DNA of 64,000 nt from an uncultured virus (IMG/VR IMGVR_UViG_3300027976_000010) (lineage: Duplodnaviria; Heunggongvirae; Uroviricota; Caudoviricetes), in the IMG/VR virus record IMGVR_UViG_3300027976_000010; one strand, written 5' to 3'. The translations under genes and the position numbers were made by a program. Each line of letters opens with the position of its first letter. The first letter of the stretch is position 1. The notes beneath the pieces were generated by a model. It saw only the letters and a program-made list of their open reading frames with translations, was not told where the DNA came from and searched no databases. Shown here in pieces: positions 37,101-45,397 of the stretch.

Positions 37101-37342
37101 TATACACGCTCCGATTTTTTCTTGTGTTTGTGTGTTTTGAGATCAAGATCATACATCTTTTTGAAATCGGAAATCATCGGCTTTAAGCACTGGGGTGTGC
37201 CGTGAGTCGAGTAAATCCGTCCAGGGATATGTGCAGGCGGGATGATCTTGAAGCCGCCCCTTGTACTTGTCACGATAAATCCAAGCTGTTCAATCAGCCG
37301 GAAAAATTCCGTTATTTCCTTACAGCCATGTTTGCGAGCCAT
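37100..37342 (-). CDS. HicA-like (dsRBD-fold) protein
   Basis: IEQLGF.V....GG.KI..P......STHGTP. Confidence 0.55.
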   Translation of the reverse strand: MARKHGCKEITEFFRLIEQLGFIVTSTRGGFKIIPPAHIPGRIYSTHGTPQCLKPMISDFKKMYDLDLKTHKHKKKSERV

Positions 37343-37468
37343 AGTCTCTCCTCTTGGTTGTGGTTAGGTAAGGGGAACGATATAGTCATTTTGGCCGAAT
37401 GTCAACCCACGGCGATAAGATATGTTAAAACCCTTATGAACAGGCACCTACAGGACGGAGATAATAAA

Positions 37469-37693
37469 ATGAGTGAATACGAAAAATCAGTTCGCGGAAC
37501 AAATAAGCGAGGGCGCAAGCCTCTTCCGATCAAAGAGAAAGAGCGTAGGATCAAAATCCAACAGTTGGCAAATCGCATGAGGCAAGAAGCGCGACGACGT
37601 GCGGCATTGGTTCTACAGCACCGCTATAGTGACGAATTTTTAAAACTGTATTCCGATGAGTTCACCGCACTCAAAAAAAAGACTAATGCCTAA
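37469..37693 (+). CDS. Basic putative DNA-binding protein
   Basis: KRGRKP motif plus a long basic helix; GGAG RBS. Confidence 0.65.
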   Translation: MSEYEKSVRGTNKRGRKPLPIKEKERRIKIQQLANRMRQEARRRAALVLQHRYSDEFLKLYSDEFTALKKKTNA

Positions 37694-37946
37694 TAAAGAA
37701 ATAGCATTCACCCAGTGGATGGCACTAGGCGTTACTAACGGTTGGTGCTCCGGCCCGGCATGCATCGTTCACGAGGGGCTCCCGCAGTCTTATGCCGAAT
37801 ATGAATCATTTGGAGACGCAGATTTGTGTGTATACGGAGTGCGGTTGTTCCAGGACGGGACAGAGCGCAATGCGGTTTTGGAGCATAACCCGACAATGAA
37901 ACGGGAAATGGATGCCATTATGGCCGGCAAGACGACTCTTGAATGA
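37686..37946 (+). CDS. Hypothetical protein
   Basis: F..W...G...GWC....C..H.G.P. Confidence 0.65.
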   Translation: MPNKEIAFTQWMALGVTNGWCSGPACIVHEGLPQSYAEYESFGDADLCVYGVRLFQDGTERNAVLEHNPTMKREMDAIMAGKTTLE

Positions 37947-37961
37947 TGAAAATATTAATCC

Positions 37962-38035
37962 GGGCCTGTAGCTCAGTGGTCAGTAGCAGGGTGCTCATAA
38001 CGCTTTGGTCGTCGGTTCGATCCCGACCGGGCCCA
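37962..38035 (+). tRNA. tRNA with CAT anticodon (Ile2-like or elongator Met)
   Basis: GGGCCTGTAGCTCAG...CTCATAA...GGTTCGATCCC. Confidence 0.88.
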
Positions 38036-38133
38036 CTAATTAACGAAATGAAAGAGCGAAAATAAAGCCACGATATAGGCAAATACCGCTTGAACCAGCC
38101 ACCTTTAATAATCCACAAGAAATAGAAGATTAT

Positions 38134-38529
38134 TTGAGTGAGCGCCAAAAGATTGGGGAAAAAATATTTGCCGCCGAGACAGAAGCCCTCAAACCTTTTG
38201 GTTTCTTCGCTATAAGTCACAGCGCGGTAGCGTCTATCAGAACTGAAAGTTTAAAAAAACTACACGACAAAGTGGTCAAGTTTTGTCCCCACTTTGTCAC
38301 AACAGCCCCAACGATGAGATACTTTATGCTCCCGTCTATAAACACTGGGTGCTGTGTCGAATGTTTCCCAGATTTTCTCCCCCTTTTACAAGATGACGAC
38401 AGCGGTTGCGATCTATGCGGTATCAAGGGAAAGGAATATGTAGAAATATCGATCCCGCTTGGGTACGGTTCGCTTGCGGCGAACCTGGGGGCGAACTGCT
38501 GTGCCGAAATATTCACAAAAACGGAATAG
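38134..38529 (+). CDS. Cys-rich hypothetical protein
   Basis: CPH, CVEC, CDLC. Confidence 0.55.
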   Translation: MSERQKIGEKIFAAETEALKPFGFFAISHSAVASIRTESLKKLHDKVVKFCPHFVTTAPTMRYFMLPSINTGCCVECFPDFLPLLQDDDSGCDLCGIKGKEYVEISIPLGYGSLAANLGANCCAEIFTKTE

Positions 38530-38567
38530 ACGCAATCCAAAGGGGCCTATTGGTGTAAAATGCGAGA

Positions 38568-38879
38568 ATGAGCAACACGCCGGGCGGTATCTTTTACAAC
38601 GACTCCGTGCTTGGCATAGACATTCTTCGTGCTACCCGAGAACCGTGCATAGTATGTGGGCATCCGACTGGGGACTGTAGTTCTTCGGAATCAAAACACG
38701 ACAATATTGCCTTTGCAACACAAGTTATCCACAGCATGATCGACTCACAGAAAATATTAGTTGAGGAAACGGTTTATGAAAACCGCCAAATTACACCGTA
38801 CACAGTCACGCGGGTTGTCATTGCGCGGAAGGGGTCATACATCACTGTCGCCCATGCAAAAGAAATTGGGATTATCTGA
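38568..38879 (+). CDS. Hypothetical protein
   Basis: PCIVCGHPTGDC...A.E.G. Confidence 0.7.
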   Translation: MSNTPGGIFYNDSVLGIDILRATREPCIVCGHPTGDCSSSESKHDNIAFATQVIHSMIDSQKILVEETVYENRQITPYTVTRVVIARKGSYITVAHAKEIGII

Positions 38880-38950
38880 GAACTTGACACCGAAGTGAAT
38901 TGAGATCGGTGTATCATCATCCCTCTAGTCACCTAACGTGAGGGGTTATC

Positions 38951-40873
38951 ATGCAAAAACTATCCGACGATTTTATCGCAACATATGCCGATAAGACAAT
39001 TCCATGGGGTTTTGGTGGGCTCGGAGAGATAGTTTATTTACGCACGTATTCGCGTCGCAAAGAAAATGACGATCTTGAGACATGGCCCGAGACTTTATAT
39101 AGGGTCATAAACGGAGCCATTGACATCGGAGTGCCGTATACGCAGGATGAGGCCGAGCGCCTGTTTGACCACATGTTCAACTTGCGCTGTTCGTTTGCCG
39201 GTCGTTCGTTGTGGCAACTCGGCACGCCGTTGGTGCAACAGATGAACGGCACATCGCTAAATAATTGCTACTGGGTAGACATTGAGGCTATTGAGGATTT
39301 TGAATTGCTTTTTGAATACCTAATGCTTGGCGGGGGTGTCGGTTTCTCTGTCGAGCGCTCAAAAATTCACGATTTGCCAAAAGTCATTCCGGGCGTCACC
39401 ATCACCAACGAACGCAGTAATGACGCCGACATCATTGTTCCAGATTCCCGCCAGGGATGGAAGCGCCTACTCCACGCAGTCCTAAAGTCGTATTTTTACA
39501 CCGGCGGATCATTCACCTATTCAACAATTCTGATTCGCGAATACGGTGCTCCGCTCAAGACATTCGGCGGCACCGCCTCTGGTCCGGGTGCGCTCATTGA
39601 CGGAGTCAAGGACATTTGCGCAGTGATGCAAAATCGTGAAGGCAAGAAACTCCGCTCAATCGACGTTCTTGATATTTGTAACATCATCGGACGGATTGTT
39701 GTTTCCGGCTCTTCGCGCCGTTCTGCACAGATTGCGATAGGCGACCCAGACGATGTTCTTTTTCTTCGTGCAAAGAATTGGGGCACAGGCTCCGTTCCGG
39801 CCTGGCGGGGCAATAGCAATAATAGTATTTTCGCAGACTCATACGACGAGATTCAGTCTGAATTATGGAAAGGCTATGATGGTTCGGGTGAACCATATGG
39901 ATTAATGAACCGTAAATTGGCCCGGAAATACGGTCGACTCGGCGAGGCCAAAATGGACAACACCATTGAGGGCATGAATCCATGTGGCGAGATTCCGCTA
40001 GGAAATGGTGAGAGCTGCAACCTTGCGACGATCTTCCTGCCCAATGTCGATTCGCTAGAACAGATGCATGACATTTCCAAATTATTGTACATGGCCCAGA
40101 AACAAATCACGCGGCTCACGTACCCGTACAAGAAGACCACGGAGATAGTCCAGAAAAATGCACGACTCGGTCAATCAATAACCGGGATACTCCAGGTCGG
40201 AGGGGAAAAGTTGACATGGCTTGATCCCGTATATAGCGGTCTTGTTGCTTTTGACAAGGAGTATTCCGCAATGCACGGATTCCCCGTGTCCGTGCGCCTG
40301 ACCACCGTGCAACCCTCTGGGACGCTCTCCCTGCTCCCAGGCGTCACGCCGGGCATCCATCCCGCATACGCACGGTATTACACTCGTAGGGTCCGTTTTG
40401 GTTCGGCCGATCCGTTGGTTGATGCTTGTCGCAAACGGGGTTACAGGGTTCAGTGGGATATCGGGCTGGACGGGCGCGAAGAACACTCCAGATATGTGGT
40501 GGATTTCCCGTGCATGTCTCCGGAGGGCTCGGTCCTAGCGGCGGACATGTCAGCAATCGAGCAACTGGAGTGGGTTAAGAAAATGCAGATGGATTGGGCC
40601 GATAACGCCGTATCCGTAACCGTTTATTACCGAAAAGAAGAACTTGAGGACATTAAAACATGGCTATCCAAGAACTACGATAAGGGCATCAAGTCGGTGT
40701 CGTTTTTACTCCACGCAGACCACAATTTCTCACTTCCCCCATATGAAGAAATAACGCAGGCGGAATACGAAAAAGCGATTTCCAAAATTGATACTTCAAT
40801 TCCGATGGTTCAACGGTTTCATGCGGGCTCTATGGACTTAGAGGATTGTGTTGGGGCATGCCCGATCAAGTAG
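38951..40873 (+). CDS. nrdJ: Class II (adenosylcobalamin-dependent) ribonucleotide reductase
   Basis: RTYSR, NNC, GGGVG, RRSAQI, NPCGEI, CNL, TTVQPSGT, C-terminal CVGACPIK. Confidence 0.93.
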   Translation: MQKLSDDFIATYADKTIPWGFGGLGEIVYLRTYSRRKENDDLETWPETLYRVINGAIDIGVPYTQDEAERLFDHMFNLRCSFAGRSLWQLGTPLVQQMNGTSLNNCYWVDIEAIEDFELLFEYLMLGGGVGFSVERSKIHDLPKVIPGVTITNERSNDADIIVPDSRQGWKRLLHAVLKSYFYTGGSFTYSTILIREYGAPLKTFGGTASGPGALIDGVKDICAVMQNREGKKLRSIDVLDICNIIGRIVVSGSSRRSAQIAIGDPDDVLFLRAKNWGTGSVPAWRGNSNNSIFADSYDEIQSELWKGYDGSGEPYGLMNRKLARKYGRLGEAKMDNTIEGMNPCGEIPLGNGESCNLATIFLPNVDSLEQMHDISKLLYMAQKQITRLTYPYKKTTEIVQKNARLGQSITGILQVGGEKLTWLDPVYSGLVAFDKEYSAMHGFPVSVRLTTVQPSGTLSLLPGVTPGIHPAYARYYTRRVRFGSADPLVDACRKRGYRVQWDIGLDGREEHSRYVVDFPCMSPEGSVLAADMSAIEQLEWVKKMQMDWADNAVSVTVYYRKEELEDIKTWLSKNYDKGIKSVSFLLHADHNFSLPPYEEITQAEYEKAISKIDTSIPMVQRFHAGSMDLEDCVGACPIK

Positions 40874-41082
40874 TAAAATATCATTTAATTATGAAATTAG
40901 TTTAGCTACGCATATGGTCTATGCCCCGCAAGGGTTTTATATGCGGCGGGGCTGCGCAAAATTAGCCATAACGGCATATCGTTGGTATAATTAATGGATG
41001 GAGTTACAAGGGGTTCTTAGCTAAAAAAGGCAGGCTCTAATGAGTCGCCCTATTTCCAATCCACTCAATCAAGGAGTTTAAC

Positions 41083-41673
41083 TTGAATACGAAACGTTGC
41101 GTTATGTTGGTTTTTATTACCCTAATAGCGAGCCTTGGTTTGACAGCAGCAAATGCCGAGGAGACTAAACCGGCCGACGGAGTAAGTGCTTATATTTCAT
41201 TGGGTGATTTATATAAGGACGGTTTGGGCCGGCGTGTTGAGAATATGGCGCCGCTATCCGCCATCCCATTAGAACCCCTACCGCAATTGCCCCCTGTCAA
41301 AAATGACCACACGGGAAAGCGCAAACCAGTACCCCAGGATTTAACCAAGCGATGCCCTCAGTGGGAACCGGTATTTGAACAATACGGACTCCTTCCGGTA
41401 GAGACTTGGAGTTATATAGCCTGGCGCGAAAGTCGCTGTCGCATAAAGGCCATCAACATCATATGGGACAAGCACGGGAATATCGTCTGGGCGCTAAACA
41501 GCGACAAGTCATACGATTCGGGTCTCCTTCAAATAAATAGCAGCTGGAAAACGGTCACTCGTCAGGTTTGTGGAACCGGTATAGAGGGTCTTATGATTCT
41601 TGACTGCAACCTACGGGTAGCTCGACATCTAATGGAAAACACTAAAAGCGGGTTGGGCAATTGGCGGATGTAG
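41083..41673 (+). CDS. Secreted lytic transglycosylase (SLT/lysozyme-like)
   Basis: Signal peptide; IAWRESRC, DSGLLQINS, CNL..A, G..NW. Confidence 0.85.
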   Translation: MNTKRCVMLVFITLIASLGLTAANAEETKPADGVSAYISLGDLYKDGLGRRVENMAPLSAIPLEPLPQLPPVKNDHTGKRKPVPQDLTKRCPQWEPVFEQYGLLPVETWSYIAWRESRCRIKAINIIWDKHGNIVWALNSDKSYDSGLLQINSSWKTVTRQVCGTGIEGLMILDCNLRVARHLMENTKSGLGNWRM

Positions 41674-41799
41674 GTGGCACCACCACAAAGTACACCGCGT
41701 TTATTTTTATGATTCTGGTCGGTCCGGTTTGCGCTGCGGTTATCGGACTCATCCATTGGCTTAACGCTCTGTAGCGGGTAATTGTATTAGACTCGGGGT

Positions 41800-41997
41800 A
41801 TGGCAAATTCTAAAAACAGCGGCTCCAGAACACGTTTTAACTATATAACCGGCAAAGAGGAACAGGTTCCCGGCACTAAAGCCGGCAAAAAACGAATGAG
41901 ACTATCGGTGGGCGACCCATTGCGTACCCATGATTTACGCCGTCTCCCGCCAAAAACAAAAGCCAAAATGTATATCGACAGAACCGACTCAGACTGA
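41800..41997 (+). CDS. Small basic hypothetical protein
   Basis: ORF. Confidence 0.5.
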   Translation: MANSKNSGSRTRFNYITGKEEQVPGTKAGKKRMRLSVGDPLRTHDLRRLPPKTKAKMYIDRTDSD

Positions 41998-42429
41998 AAA
42001 CCTCTTGAGGGCATCGGGGTCAAGAAATATATATCCGCCGCCGATCGATATCCCGTCCTCGTCTTCGTCCACATGAATTAACACATCGTCAGCGGAAATA
42101 TCTAGATTTTTTGCTATAGCCGCCCGCATGCGCGCTACGTCTTCAAGTATTGACGACATCTCTACTTCGGTGGGATCAGGCGGCATTTCAATATCGGTGT
42201 ATTGTTCATAGCCAACGCCGGAACGAACCAGGGATAATTGTTGTTTTGCAAAGGCGTCCGACCGAACGCATAGGCCACATGCTATTTTGGGGGTTGCGGC
42301 GGGCCGTTTCCGTTCCTCAATATGGCCACACGATAAACGGTGAAGGTACACAACCGAACCCCAGCGACCCTGCCTGATTATCTCGCCAACATCTCGTTGC
42401 GGGGCACTCTTTTTATTTATTTTTTCCAT
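41989..42429 (-). CDS. Hypothetical protein
   Basis: LSCGH...CGLC. Confidence 0.65.
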   Translation of the reverse strand: MEKINKKSAPQRDVGEIIRQGRWGSVVYLHRLSCGHIEERKRPAATPKIACGLCVRSDAFAKQQLSLVRSGVGYEQYTDIEMPPDPTEVEMSSILEDVARMRAAIAKNLDISADDVLIHVDEDEDGISIGGGYIFLDPDALKRFSV

Positions 42430-42498
42430 TTATCCGGCCGTTGATTTTTTGTAGAATCTATATATACTTATCCTAACATTCGTAGAAGGGTTCTTGCT

Positions 42499-42954
42499 GT
42501 GCAGACTTTCGTACCATATCCATCGTTCACGGAATCAGCTAAAATTCTAGATTATCGTCGGCTCGGGAAACAACGAGTTGAGGTGTTGCAGATACTAAAT
42601 TCTCTGGTGTTAAATCGACAGTATGGTTGGCGCTATCACCCAGCAACCAAAATGTGGGCTGGTCACGAACGAGGCCTAGCAGCATACGGCTTAAGTATCT
42701 GTTCCGAATGGGTTCAGCGCGGTTACAAAGATACATGTACTCAAAAAATAAGCGACTTGGTTACTCCGGATTGGGAAGATATGCCATCCTGGTGGGGCGA
42801 CGAACGAATCCACTCTAGCCACAGGGCAAATTTATTGCGAAAAGATCCAATTTATTACGGGCAATACAATTGGACCGAAGATCCAGAAATGCCGTACTTT
42901 TGGCCAACAACTGATTTAACCGTAATCACACTTAGCGACAATCTAATTTTTTAA
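42499..42954 (+). CDS. Pyrimidine-dimer DNA glycosylase/DenV-like (MSMEG_6728 family)
   Basis: MQTFVPY...LDYRRLGKQRVE..QI...HPA.KMW.G...EW..RGY.D...SH...L.RKDP. Confidence 0.88.
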   Translation: MQTFVPYPSFTESAKILDYRRLGKQRVEVLQILNSLVLNRQYGWRYHPATKMWAGHERGLAAYGLSICSEWVQRGYKDTCTQKISDLVTPDWEDMPSWWGDERIHSSHRANLLRKDPIYYGQYNWTEDPEMPYFWPTTDLTVITLSDNLIF

Positions 42955-42970
42955 TGAGCGCAATAAGTAA

Positions 42971-43297
42971 CTAACTCTTTGCGAGTTTATCTAGTACTGC
43001 AATTAGGTAATCGGGGGTTGTTGCCCCAATAACCGTGGAAACATGTAATCCATTTTCAAATAGGAGCATGCTCGGTATACTCATGACCGAAAATCTAGAT
43101 GCCAAATCGGGGTTTTCGTCAACATTGGATTTTGCAAAACGAATACGCCCCGCAAACATATCGGAAAGTCCTTCTAGTAACGGCGCCATGACCACACACG
43201 GCCCGCACCACGGAGCCCAAATATCAAGGAGCAATGGCGTGTTGCCGGATTTAAGAAACGAATCAAACTCGGCCGAGGAAATTTTAACAATAGCCAT
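42971..43297 (-). CDS. trxA: Thioredoxin
   Basis: WAPWCGPC, NVDENP, VMSIP. Confidence 0.93.
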   Translation of the reverse strand: MAIVKISSAEFDSFLKSGNTPLLLDIWAPWCGPCVVMAPLLEGLSDMFAGRIRFAKSNVDENPDLASRFSVMSIPSMLLFENGLHVSTVIGATTPDYLIAVLDKLAKS

Positions 43298-43303
43298 GCG
43301 TGC

Positions 43304-43588
43304 CTATCTCCTAAGAGATTTGGTAATTTCGCCAAGCGTCGCGCCTAAGACGCTTCCGATTGGGGGCAATCCTAATGCGCCCGAATTGCGATCCAATTTA
43401 ACATGGACATCCGGCAGCGGCGTTATTTGAAGCTGTTTATTGTTATTGGCCATCGCGGCGGCGGACAAAGCTGATTGGCGTTGAATAATATTCAACTGTT
43501 CCTCAATACGGTCTACCCTTTCCCGAAGTTCGTTTAATTCTGGGTCATCGGTTTGGCGGGTCGGTATATTGTTTTGGCGGGTTGACAT
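43304..43588 (-). CDS. Hypothetical coiled-coil protein
   Basis: ORF. Confidence 0.55.
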   Translation of the reverse strand: MSTRQNNIPTRQTDDPELNELRERVDRIEEQLNIIQRQSALSAAAMANNNKQLQITPLPDVHVKLDRNSGALGLPPIGSVLGATLGEITKSLRR

Positions 43589-43628
43589 AGATGAAGTCTA
43601 TCATCCAGGCCTGAAGCCGGCCCACCAT

Positions 43629-43670
43629 AAAGCAAAACCCCCGCCCTAACCTTGCGGTCGGAGCGGGGGT
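43629..43670 (-). terminator. Intrinsic terminator after the capsid gene
   Basis: ACCCCCGC/GCGGGGGT stem followed by TTTGCTTT on the minus strand. Confidence 0.75.
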
Positions 43671-43687
43671 AGATTGCTACTTACTAA

Positions 43688-45058
43688 TTATGATCCGGCC
43701 ACCACCGGTGCGTTGTTAAATGTGACAGCAACGAACGACTCTGGACGCTTGACGGCCAGCGCGAGACGCTGTTCGGCAAGAATCACGATTGCATTACGGA
43801 TGAAGAAGTCAGCATGTTGTTCGCTGATGCGAATGCTGGCCTGCTCACGGTCGTAAATTTGTGCACCGGTACCGAATGCGCCGACCAAAGCCGTGCCTTC
43901 TGCAATTGCTGGAGTCTCGACTACTGGCATGCGCCAGATGCGTGGCTCTCCACCCATTGCAACCGAAATGGCGATCAAGTACTGACCGTTTGAGTCTTTT
44001 GTCAACTCAATGTCTTCCCAGTCGTTTGGATGCAAGATAACGCCCGTTGGCTCATAGTAGGCCAGGAACGCTAGTGTCGCGGCGCGACGAACGGCATCAG
44101 CCTTGGTGTCCGCTACCGGCAATGTTGCGCCACTGCTCCACGAATATTCCTGAACGCCCTGGGTATTCAAAATGCCCAGAAGGTTTTCGCCGGTACCAGA
44201 ACCACTCAAGATTTGGGCATCTTCCTGCAAACGGAGACCGTACATCAGTTCGTTGTCGATGATTGAGCGCAATTGTGGCTCGTCAGCGAGAACGTTTCTG
44301 TGTGCAGCTTCCCAGTGGGCGAGCGTACGAACAGGCGCTTGCTGACCCACAAACTGGAATGACGATTGTGGCTTGCGACCGAATCCGGCGACGCTATCCT
44401 CGACACCGCGGTCGGCGACTACCGCTGCGGCGTTTGTGCCGCGCGTTCTGTTATCGCCGACAGCACCAGTAACCGGGGTTGTAAAACCGATGTGCTGGAA
44501 GTACTCGATAACGGCTGCGGTTGTGGTGCGACTTGGGAACAAGTCACGAATTCGCTTTGTGCGAGTTGGTGGCAGGACCATTGCGTCTCTTTGGATCGTC
44601 CCAAAGCTATTTAGGGTGCCAGATGGCAGTGCGCTGTAAACGTCCTTGACGTTATAGTTCGTCAGGGTTGTGTTCAGGGTGAACGGTGCCGCCATGTTGA
44701 CGCTATTTCTTCCGCCGCCGAGTGCTTTGAACTCTGGCGAATCAACAAAGTGTTGACCGATGGTCTTGGCTGTAACCGGCATTGACTGGCCGGCAGCTGC
44801 GTGGGCCGCAACCGAAGCGGACGCCTGGGTCGTGCCCCAGTCGCTTACTTGCTGCATCTGCTCCATGCCGTCGATGAGACTTTTGATCTCGCGGATGTCT
44901 GTCATGTTTTTGTCAAATGCTGACTTCTGTTCAGCCGAAACAACTACGGTGCCATTTTCAACTCTGAATGAGTCGGCAATCGTTTTGTTATCTGACATTT
45001 TGCCACGGAGAGCGCTTTGAAGCTCTGTTACGCGGTCTTTGGTTTCTGATGTTGACAT
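43688..45058 (-). CDS. Major capsid protein, HK97 fold, with an N-terminal delta domain
   Basis: IRDLF, AHW......L.D.PQL...I...L.YGL...ED.QIL.G.G, HPNDW..I...KD..GQY, F..N...I.AE.R.AL.V.RP..F; GAGGAG RBS. Confidence 0.95.
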   Translation of the reverse strand: MSTSETKDRVTELQSALRGKMSDNKTIADSFRVENGTVVVSAEQKSAFDKNMTDIREIKSLIDGMEQMQQVSDWGTTQASASVAAHAAAGQSMPVTAKTIGQHFVDSPEFKALGGGRNSVNMAAPFTLNTTLTNYNVKDVYSALPSGTLNSFGTIQRDAMVLPPTRTKRIRDLFPSRTTTAAVIEYFQHIGFTTPVTGAVGDNRTRGTNAAAVVADRGVEDSVAGFGRKPQSSFQFVGQQAPVRTLAHWEAAHRNVLADEPQLRSIIDNELMYGLRLQEDAQILSGSGTGENLLGILNTQGVQEYSWSSGATLPVADTKADAVRRAATLAFLAYYEPTGVILHPNDWEDIELTKDSNGQYLIAISVAMGGEPRIWRMPVVETPAIAEGTALVGAFGTGAQIYDREQASIRISEQHADFFIRNAIVILAEQRLALAVKRPESFVAVTFNNAPVVAGS

Positions 45059-45188
45059 TTTTTCTCCTCTTAAGAAAAATTTATTGGATGGTTGAGTTTG
45101 CTAGACAATGCTCAGGTAAGCACCCAGCCGTGTATGTCTCTTGTACAAATTTAACACGCCTTAAACGACCGTAGGGAAAGTACGGTTA

Positions 45189-45386
45189 TTAGTTTGAAAT
45201 GTCGACAATTCCGCCCATTTTGATGATTTTGAGCACGTCTGTTTTTGCTATCTCAAGCATGTCCCTGTTCGCCTGGGTGTCCGCAAGGCCGACCTCTAAT
45301 AGCGTAAAATCGTTAGCGGCGGCCAGAGACAGCGCCTCTATCGGGGAAAGGCCATGCATGGCTTTGGGTATCGAGAGTGAGCTCAT
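45189..45386 (-). CDS. Small hypothetical protein
   Basis: ORF between the giant gene and the capsid gene. Confidence 0.6.
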   Translation of the reverse strand: MSSLSIPKAMHGLSPIEALSLAAANDFTLLEVGLADTQANRDMLEIAKTDVLKIIKMGGIVDISN

Positions 45387-45397
45387 TGGGGTGCGTC

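Noticed and set aside
40880..41080. Riboswitch (c-di-AMP or cobalamin) between nrdJ and the transglycosylase
   Set aside because: Only short hairpins; I could not find the consensus elements.
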